Assembly (NCBI RefSeq): GCF_009914755.1
Contig: NC_060929.1
Length of the DNA stretch: 64,000 nt
Strand: one strand, 5' to 3'
DNA from: the human T2T-CHM13v2.0 reference genome, Homo sapiens
A program made the translations under genes and the position numbers. This document shows, one piece after another, positions 48,930 through 64,000 of this stretch (position 1 is its first letter; each line of letters starts with the position of its first letter). The notes beneath the pieces are model-generated. The model ran no database searches. It worked only from the letters and a program-made list of their open reading frames with translations, and was not told the DNA's origin.

Positions 48930-49052
48930 AGGCTGAAGTGCAATGGCGTGATCATAGCTAACTGCAGCCTTGATCTCTTAGGTTCAAGCGATCCTCTGGC
49001 TTAAGCCTCTCAAAGTGCTGGGATTATAGGAATGGGCCGCCATGCTTGGACA
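48927..49052 (-). mobile_element. Alu monomer (FLAM-like), antisense
   Basis: caggctgaagtgcaatggcgtgatcatagct...caaagtgctgggattatagg; single arm only. Confidence 0.85.
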
Positions 49053-49429
49053 GCAAAACTTTTAAAATTTTCATTTTAAATTATGTTTTCTTAAGTGTTT
49101 TTACTTAATCCTTAGTGTGAAAGTCTCCTATTACTGAAAGACTAATTCATTCCTGTCTTTGTAGTTTTGACTTTCATTAATCTAATGGATTTGAGGATCC
49201 ACATCTAAAACTTTAAGAATTAATGTACATTATGTAATGTCATTTGCCTTGCAAACAGTTGTTTTTTTTTTTCCCCCCCTGAGGTCAGACTAATTTATTG
49301 ACAGTTTTGTTGTGCTTGACAAGTAACAGGTGCTAACATCTTTTTCAGTCTTGTCACAGGGACTAGAGGGTCTAGGTCACCATGTTCATTAATGTAGTCC
49401 AGGAAATTTTATTTCTCCTGTGGCTAATC

Positions 49430-49910
49430 ATTTACATTTGACATGAATCTGTCATCTGTGCCTCTAGTCTCTCTGCTTCCACCTTTGTCTTCTATAGTGT
49501 GTTGTTCTCATAATAGTCATACTTTTAAAATATAATTCAGATTATTTCTTTGCTCTGTATATTTTACAGGCTTTCCTTATAACTCAAAGTGAAACCCAAA
49601 GGCCTGTAAGAACCCACATGATCTAAACTCATGCTGCCTATTTGATTTCACCTCTTACCTTGTTTCCCAGCCCCTCCACTCTGTTATGACCATAGAAGTT
49701 GCCTTGTTTTTCCTGACACTCCAAAATGCTCTTGCCTCATGGCATTTGCACTTTTCATTTCCTCCTCTAGAATGCTTCTTCCCTAGATAGACACATGGAT
49801 TGCTGTTTCCCTTCTGTTAGGTCTCTACTCAAGTATCATTGGAGAGAGGCCTTTCCTGAACATACATTGCAAATACTTGCAGTGTCCCTCCTGTCACTCT
49901 TTATCCAAGT
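49430..49910 (+). mobile_element. L2 fragment
   Basis: gcatttgcacttttcatttcctcctctagaatgc...aggtctctactcaagtatca...gaggcctttcctga. Confidence 0.65.
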
Positions 49911-51574
49911 TCTGAGCTAGGTGCTGAGCAGATAAAAAGGATATTAAGGTTCCTGCTCTGGACAAAGTCAGTGATGTGAGAGAAAAAGGCTTGTATGCAG
50001 TGCAGTTAATTGGGAAATGTGTTAAGCCCCTAAAGTGGTGCCCCAAACACTAGATGCTTGTACATGATAATGAACTGTGGAGGTTTATTCCAAGTACAGG
50101 CTGAGTGCAGAGATGCATGGGGTTGATATTGTCTAGATCCATAGAGAAGACTCCACAGAGGAAAACATCTTTGAATTAGGCCTTAAAAAGTAAGTGAAAA
50201 AAGGAATGCATGGTCTGGGTAAAAGGAAGAGTATACACAATGACTAAATTTATTAAGATTGAAACTTAAATGTATTGCCTGGAAAAATGCTTAATTCTCC
50301 TCCCTAGTGGCTTAAAAAAATAGTTAGAAAACATGTCATTTACAATATGAATAGATTGTTCCAATAACATTGTATTATGACTTTTCAGGATGGAATAGTT
50401 ATGGACCAGGAATTGGAGGCAGTAAATTACCTAATGTGATGTTGATATGCGAGACACTTATAAATGGTAGTGAATTATAGAGGTCCATTTCAAGTGCAGT
50501 GGGATAGCAAACAAGAGGTTGTTTTCTGCCCATTTGCCTCCTTTACTAGACCCTTGAACCTATTTTCTGCCTAAAGAGTAAATGAAACTAGAAATAGAGA
50601 TATGGGAGAGACTGTAATGAGTATTTAGATATACGTGTTACAGAATTGTTACAACTTTTGCTGCAGGTTACTGTTTTGAGGACAAACTATGAGTTTTTAA
50701 AAAATATAAATTTACTCTGAAAATTTAGCTCAAATTCATTTGTTAATGAATTTGTTCCTGCATTTGGCAATGAGCTAAATCCATTGTATTCTGACCTTCT
50801 CATAGTAACTTAGCATCCTAATATCAGATGCTGTATTAAAATGTGAAGAAGACAAGATGCTCTTTTTAATTAAATGTGATTGATAAAGCTAGAAAGACAG
50901 GAATGCAACTGAAGTTGGATGAGTCTCTTAGGTACAAGGTAATAGATTTATACTCTTTAACAGCTGGTTTGATTGCATCAGATCTAAAGATTTTATTTGA
51001 AGAAAAAGCCTAAGGAAGAACTGCTATCTGTGAAAGTACAAAGTAATGCCTGTATTGAAAATGAACAATCTGCTGATACTAGAAACTTCTTTATTTTTAA
51101 AGCCTGTATAATTTTCTTGGTCATCAGAACCTTGGCATATAAAAATTTCAGAAATCTCATGGCTTTAATTAAGGCAACATGCGTTCTCTGTAATGAAAGT
51201 AGGAAGAGGATGTAGGAGAATGTTTCAGGTTCTGTTTTCTGCCTCTCTGTTACGGGAAGCAGTGTGATTCAGTACAATTGTTCTCCCTTGCCAGTTGGTG
51301 AACCTGTGCTATTCTGTGTTGAAAATATTGGTATGAGGCTTTTTTCCCCAGAAGGCTTTTTTCTTAATTTCAGGTATTTTTTTCATGTTAATATCATTTT
51401 TAAAAAAATAATACTGATGGTAAATAGTAGGGCTTTGAAAAAATATCTCATTTCTTGGGAAATAAAATATTTATGGGCCCATGAAGCCTGCCGGTTGGTT
51501 GGTTTGTTTTTGGTATATGTGTATGTGCATGTGTATCTGTGTATCGTACTGATCTGTGAAATCTAAATGTCTGA

Positions 51575-51785
51575 AAACTACTGATTATGTAGAAGGATCA
51601 TGGGCTTTGGATTCAGCAAACCTGGTTTAAATTCTTTCTCTGCTTTGTTCTTATCTTCGTCATCTTTAAAATGGGGATGTGAATGCTTATCTCCTAGGGT
51701 GGTTGTGAGAATTGACTAAGATAATGGATATATAATGGTTTAGTGCCGGCTGTATAATAGAAGCTGAATAAATGTATTTCTTCCT
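51575..51785. mobile_element. MIR
   Basis: ggctttggattcagcaaacctggttt...catctttaaaatggggat...ggttgtgagaatt. Confidence 0.7.
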
Positions 51786-51837
51786 TTTTCTTATAAGTTG
51801 TTGGGGATAGAGAGAATTTCAGGTGAAGTTACAAGTG

Positions 51838-52308
51838 CAGTTGACCCTTGAACAATACCGGGTCTAGGGGTACCAGCCCCTGTGCAGTGACAAATCAGCA
51901 TATGACTTTTGACTCCCCGAGACCTTTATTACTAGTTGCCTACTGTTACCCAGAAGCCTTACCAATAACAGTCAACACATATTTTATATATTATATGCAT
52001 TATGTACTATATTTTAGCAATAGAGTAAGTTAGAGAAAAGAAAATGTTATTAAGAAAATCATAAGGAAGAGAAAATATATTATTTCTTCATAAAGTGAAA
52101 GTAGAAGCAGATCTTCATAAAGATCTTCATCCTCATCATCTTCATGTTGAATAGGAGGAAGAAGAGAAAGGGTTGCTCTTGCCATCTCAGGGGTGGCAGA
52201 GGGAGAATAGACGGAGGAGGTGGAAGGAGAGGCAGGTGCACTTCATATAACTTTTATGGAAAAAATAAACTCATGTATAAATGGACCCCTGCAGTGCACA
52301 CCTATGTT
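51838..52308. mobile_element. Tigger2-derived MITE (Tigger2a/MER28-like), right TIR truncated
   Basis: Left TIR cagttgacccttgaacaa at 51838. The right end reads ggacccctgcagtgcacacctatgtt and lacks the matching gttcaagggtcaactg. Confidence 0.82.
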
Positions 52309-52324
52309 CTGTGGGCTTTTAAAT

Positions 52325-52948
52325 CATCTTCTGAAAATATGCTGCTAGTTACAGCATGGTCTTTTTTAAAATGAGAAACCAGAAGTTTTTCTCCCTCATG
52401 TTAATGATGGTCCAATTTTCATCCCATTTAAATTGGTTATTTTCGCCACTTTTTGACTGATTGTAATATATGTTGACCTCATTTGATTTTAAAGTACAAG
52501 AAAATATGAAAATTATAAGCATGCCCCTTAAGTAGATTCATTGACCTATTTAAATTTGTGAAATCTTTTTTGCTATAAATAGATAAGTACAATAATTTAT
52601 AGATAGCTTTATGAGTGTGGGTATTTTGTTTCCAGTTATACAGAAGTTGCATAATAGCTACCCACTCAGGTATTTTGGATTGGCATGGTAATGACTGTTT
52701 AATAAGACTGCAGTACAAGAAAATATGAAAATTACAAGCATGCACCTTAAGTAGTTTCATTGACCTATTTAAATTTATGAAATCTTTTTTGCTATAAACA
52801 GATGAGTACAATAATTTATAGATAGCTTTGTGAGTGTGGGTATTTTGTTTCCAGTTACACAGAAGTTGCATAATAGCTGCCCACTCAGGTATTTTAGATT
52901 GGCATGGCAGTGACTGTTTAATAAGACTGCTACTACATAGTAGCACAT
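52325..52948 (+). repeat. Copy 2 of the local duplication, with an internal 2x219-bp tandem repeat (52493-52711, 52712-52930)
   Basis: Both units start agtacaagaaaatatgaaaatta and end tttaataagactgc. Confidence 0.95.
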
Positions 52949-53713
52949 ATAGATAAGTGATATATCTATATATGTACATAAATAGATTTTCTCTTTTTAT
53001 CATTTATCATTCTCTATAACTGAGCTTACCAATTTAGAAATAATTTGGTTGAAAACGTTAAATTGTAGAAAACACTATAATTAGCAACAAAGGTGTGTAC
53101 TTTTCTATCCAGAGGGACAGTTTGTATACTGTTTGGTCAATTTTGTGAGATTAAGTTGAGAAACCTAAGTGTTTTAGAGACATAGTGGTAAATGTCTCCA
53201 TCAGTGTTGGGTTATCGCACAGAACACCTTCTAGGGTCTACTTCAGAGTAGTAGTTTTGGAACTATTTTAGATACAACACCTTTTTAAAAAATGTATCAG
53301 ATATTCAGAGCCCTAATATGTATCTGACAAAAATGGAGCAACTCTTGTTGGGTGAATGGGAGTGAAGGAGCCAGGCATTGTTAAGAATTTGTCCTGCTTA
53401 TACTCCTCTCTCAGTTTCTAGAAACCTCTCTGCCACCTGTGGGGCTCCTTACCACTTCTTTAGAGGTTCAGATAAGAAGAGTCTTGACTTAAAGACTAAG
53501 CTAAAGGAAATACTAATTATTTTACCAGAGTGAGTAATTTTTAGATAATTCAGCATTAGATATATACAAATAACTTTTAATATCAAAAGATAGAATGTAT
53601 TTCTTAGTGTCTAGTAGCTGGATCTTAGATTTTTAAAAGCATCTTTGTAATTAAAAAAAGTATTGGCGTTTTCTTCTTGAAAATGTCTTATAATTTAAAA
53701 AAAGATAAACCAG

Positions 53714-54023
53714 GGCCAGGCATGGTAGCTCACTCCTGTACTTCCAGCACTTTGGGAGGCCGAGGCAGGCGGATCACCCGAGGTCAGGAGTTGGAGACTA
53801 GCCTGGCCAACATGGTGAAACCCCACCTCTACTTAAAAAAAAAAAAAAAAAAAAGCCAGGCTTGGTGGCGGATGCCTGTAATCCCAGCTACTCAGGAGGC
53901 TGAGGCAGGGAATCACTTGCACCCGGGAAGTAGAGGTTTCGGTGAGCCAAGATTGCACCATCGCGCTCCAGCCTGGGCAACAATAGCAACACTCTGTCTC
54001 CAAAAAAATAAAAATAAAATAAA
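53714..54023 (+). mobile_element. Alu (AluS) with the middle A-linker expanded to a pure A run
   Basis: Full dimer, (AAAAT)n tail, TSD core ataaacca. Confidence 0.93.
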
Positions 54024-54445
54024 ATAAACCAAAAACTCAACACAAGGAAACTATCTTGATGATTTTGTGAATAGTTTATAGTATATAGGGTTAATTTTAT
54101 GGTATGGCATTATTGAATTAGTCAGAGATTATTCTTTTATTATAAAGCACTAAGTTATGTCTTCTTAAACCACTTTTTGTTTAGAATACTTTCTATGCTT
54201 TTGAGTAAAGATGAAATTATATGTCTTTTTTAATTTTTTAAATTGAATGATGTTCAAGGGAAAAGCTACCCAGTTTCCATTTGTGTGAAATTTATGTATA
54301 TTTTTGGTTTTGTCTTGTATATGAGTAAATAAACGTAGTTTCTACCCTTTTTCTACCCTTTCCCATTGAAGTTACAGGTTTATCTACAAAGGGGTGATGG
54401 AAATACTTTGTGTAACTATTTTCCTTAGTCAATATAACACTCTGA

Positions 54446-54838
<393 letters not shown>

Positions 54839-55812
54839 TCACACAAAGGTTAGGTAATTCTATAATTAATTTTTCATTGGTTTAGAGAAGTCTTCTCAGT
54901 GAGCATGCCTTTGTTGTCAACTGTTCATGCCATTACTGCTAATGAAATAAAAATGTTAAGCAAGAACAGTAACTGTCTATTTTAGTAACTGTCTATTTTC
55001 AGTTACTTTTTAAAACCCTAATTATAAAAGCCAACTTGTAGTTTACAAATGACCACATGTATCTTTATTTCAAGGAAATTCTGGATTACTTCATGTATTT
55101 ACTCATAATAATATCTGAAATAGTAAAAAGAGTGTGGATCTGGGTATCACCACTTAACTAAGAGTTAGTTGCAAAATTTTGGGGGAAAAATTTATAATGT
55201 TCTTAGGGGGGTTGTGTTGCACAGCTCAAATATGATATTTTATGTACTGCCACTTAATAAGCTATAATGTGCCCTTGGCAAGGAGGATGAAGAGGAGGTA
55301 TAGCCTGAGCCCTGGAATTTGTCTGAAGTCCTTGCAGACTAAAGTACCCATGAAGACTTGGATTTACACAGAATGAATCATGGCCAAGACATGAAAAGTC
55401 AGTGATAAAGTCAGTATTGATCTCAGTCTGTAGCTTACAGCTTTTCTAATTTTTTAAACTTATTTAAGTAAAGTGTATATCCCTCTCAAGTTTCTGACAT
55501 ATCCTTATGCTGTTGAGGCCTGAAGAGAATCTCTGAGACTAAGATGAGAATTGTCATTGAGCAATGAAAAGGAATTAAAATGAGAAAAGTCTGAATTATC
55601 TGGTTCCATTGATGAGGGAGTGCCTATGGTGAAAAGCATACCTCAGGCTATTTAAAATATCCCCTTAATCGAGTTCTCCTGGCTTTCATGCTTTGCTTGA
55701 AACACAGCTCTGATAATGCATATTTTTGGTAATTGTATTTAAGGAGTATTTTTGGTAATTGTAATTTCTTATTACAAATTAATAGCCACTCACATACATC
55801 TTATGTACTTCG

Positions 55813-56322
55813 TGTATTAGTCTGCTAGGGCTGCCAAAACAAAATATCACAGGGTGGGTAGTTTGAAAAACAGACATTTATTTCTCACAGTTCTGGAAGA
55901 AAGTTTAAAATCAAGGTCTTGGCAAATTTGGTTTCTGGTGAGGGCTGTCTTTCTAGCTTGTAGATGCCTGTCTGCCTTGTCTTCACATGATCTTTCCTAA
56001 GGGTGTGTGTGTGTGTGGGTGTATCTGTGTGTGTGTTTGTGCGCACACACACGCGTGTGCACAGGGCTGGTAGAGAGTGAGCTCTCTGGTGTCTCTTATT
56101 GTTTCTTTTTCTTTTTTCTTACCTTGTTATTTTCTAATCTAGTCTTCAGAGAGATGGTGTCTCTTCTTATAAAGGCACTCATCCTAACAGATCAGTGCTG
56201 TACCCTTGTGACCTAATTTAACCTTAAATACTTCCTTAGAGGCCCCATCTCCAAATGCAACTACACTGCTGTTTAGGGCTATAACATGAATTTTGGGGTA
56301 TACAAGAATTCAGTTAATAATA
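55813..56322 (-). mobile_element. MLT1A/B-like MaLR solo LTR with an internal TG/CA microsatellite (56003-56062)
   Basis: Starts tgtattagtctgctagggctgcc; contains ttatttctcacagttctgg and ggccccatctccaaat; ends aattcagttaataata. Confidence 0.82.
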
Positions 56323-56892
56323 CTTGATTACCCTTTATCTGCCCCTGAGAGGGTGGTTCATCTTACCCTTTTTTAGTCAAATCACATTTGGTAACATGAA
56401 TTGAGGTGGGTCAACTATGGTGGCAGACTCACTAAGAGTGTCATCCTCAACTATCCTGTATTGCTTGTGGCATACCTAGACATTCTATGGCCGAAAGAGC
56501 TTGCACGTTTAAATATTTCTATAGTTTTAGTCCTTGGCACATGGACTTGAGTCCATTTCTCTGTCAAATGGCGATAGTAATAGTTGTTCCTCAGAGTTGT
56601 TACTGGTCATAATTTAAGGGAAAATATATTTTGAACCATAAGATGCAAAGATTGTTTTTTATAAAAATGTACAATGTTCCTTTTTCTATTATTTGTAGAG
56701 CTTAAGGACTTGAATCCAGATCTTCTAATTACAAGTATAAGACTCTAAGTAGCCAGACATACCCATTTTTTTCAGGATAATTGGAATTCTCCATAGACAA
56801 GCACTCTAGGGGAAGTTCTGGCAAGTTTTATTTGCACCATGTAATGCATTGAAATAAATTGTACCATCTAATAAATTGAAATGCTGTGCGTT

Positions 56893-62395
<5,503 letters not shown>

Positions 62396-64000
62396 AAATC
62401 TGTCCGTTGTTTTGTGAATTATCATATTTAAACTCAGTTTCTGGTGGTTGGTGTCCAAAATAAGATTTTGCTTAGTGGTATGTCCAGAGCTTACAGAAGA
62501 ATAACCAAAGGCTGGAAAAATATATCTTTCAGCCCAGCAACTTTATTATAGTACATATGGTAAACTGTGTAGAATGTTAAGGAAACATCCCATATTGGCT
62601 TACCAGCTGCTGTTTTTATGGCAAGATTTTATTTAATATGTAAGGCTGGAGGGAGGTGTGAGAGGAAAGTAAAGAAAAGCTTTGGATTATTAAAGGTGTG
62701 GGAAAGCTATTTACACTGCTTCAGGGATAAATAGGAGGGAAGGAGTACTCAGACAGAGGGAGCGAGTGATTATATGAAGAAAAATACTATGATGATACTA
62801 ATTGTGTTTTGTAGGAATATGGATGCTGCCTCTTTGTCTCTAAATGTGCTACCCTGAATTACAAGTTACCTTTGGCTTTTTGATTCTACAAAATCATAGG
62901 AGCTCCCTGAAATCTGGAGCATTTGCTCAGACTATTGCTTTCTGTTATCTACCCTAGGTCGGAAATATTTAAGTGTTTTTTCTTCAGTCCTACAGAGTTT
63001 TAGTCTGATACTTTAGAAAACAGAACTGAGTTCCTATTCGAAAAGATTTACTCACAGTGTTTTGTGTTATAAAGTCATACTCCAGGGTATCTTTTAGAGC
63101 AACAGCCCTGAACCAGGCTAAGAGGCATGGAGAAGAGCAGCACAGGGCTTCTGAATCCTGGCTGTGCATAGATGTGGGTTAAAATTAAAATATTACTAAC
63201 CTTTCCTCATCTGAGATAGTAAGATTTTGGAGCTTGAATTCTTCATGCTTTTTAATTACAAAAAATACGATGAAATTTCAGTGTTCTTGCAAAAATTTGA
63301 GTAATACAAGAATTGACAATATGAGAGGATGTCTTTAATAATTTTATGTAACACAATCAGATCTTTAACTTTTGCTCATGTAAAGTTTATAAAATTTAAA
63401 CTGCTTAAAATAATGGCAGTATTAGAATACTGAGATTCATAATAATGTAAATTAACACATATAACCCTTTTTTCTGTTTGTATATTATCTTTTAATATAT
63501 AATGAAAATGTTTAGGTAGTAAATACTAAGGTTAAGGTAAAGTCATATAATCTTAATTCATCTAACAGCTGCCTGTTGTTTCATATTTATTCCATTTTTG
63601 AAGTAGTTTACAAATGAAAAAAATTGTATGAATGCCTTGGCATTAAACAGCAGTTCTTGGAAATCAGGAAATTCCTAAGTTATACTTCCTCTAGCAGTGA
63701 TATATCAGCGTTATTTCTATGAGTTTAGTTATATTCAATTTTCCAGTTATATATACACCTTTAAAGTGTTATATAAGCCAATTTAAGCAAGTTAGTATTA
63801 GAGTAGAAGTGTAAACTTTGGAATTTCCTGATTTTTAACATTTTACTTTCTATGTTATTTTGGTGAACTGGATCATGCAACTTAATTTATACAGTTAGTA
63901 TGAATATACTTACAAAGAGCTAGATTTTATTTTCAGCCATCACATTATGAATAGCTTTTTTTAAAAAAGACTATTTCATCCTCTATAATGAAGTACTTAG

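Noticed and set aside
48142-48961. Long ORFs of 264, 250 and 234 aa (SSLSV/SSLSL, ERRGR, SPSPL repeats)
   Set aside because: Read-through of a stop-free 15-bp tandem repeat in several frames; no sign of a gene.
48276-49052. Resemblance to an SVA 5' end (CCCTCT repeat followed by antisense Alu-like sequence)
   Set aside because: The unit is a 15-mer and the Alu part is an old plain monomer; there is no GC-rich VNTR, SINE-R, poly(A) or TSD.
52479-53003. 174-aa minus-strand ORF with an internal repeat
   Set aside because: Produced by the 219-bp (73-codon) tandem duplication; no recognisable protein, and no equivalent ORF is listed over the 43-kb copy.
54968-54999. 2x16-bp repeat agtaactgtctatttt (and similar short repeats near 54340 and 55721)
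   Set aside because: Ordinary slippage micro-duplications with no tail or inserted sequence of note.

Overview
Human/hominid intronic DNA from the COMMD10 locus, gene on the + strand. The only host coding sequence I can support is one 111-nt, phase 0/0 exon (24232-24342, [37 protein letters not shown], start of the COMM domain). A 5'-truncated AluYb8/9 copy points to human origin. The rest is retroelement-rich intron: old L1M and younger L1PA copies, Alus, MaLR solo LTRs, Tigger MITEs, L2/MIR and simple repeats. Almost all long ORFs in the track are L1 debris or repeat read-through. I found no new protein-coding system; the unusual content is structural. (1) A ~7-kb head-to-head L1 composite has two poly(A) tails, ~2.1-kb inverted arms sharing non-standard variants, and an iterative templated-insertion scar. 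(2) A ~410-bp non-repeat segment is copied 9.5 kb downstream, with a 17-nt linker matching a second nearby site and an internal 219-bp tandem duplication. (3) A two-block 15-mer polypyrimidine VNTR replaces the tail of an antisense Alu monomer and ends at a CAG. (4) A solo poly(A) retro-insertion has a TSD. Subfamily names are by eye from remembered consensus features and need RepeatMasker/Dfam confirmation.
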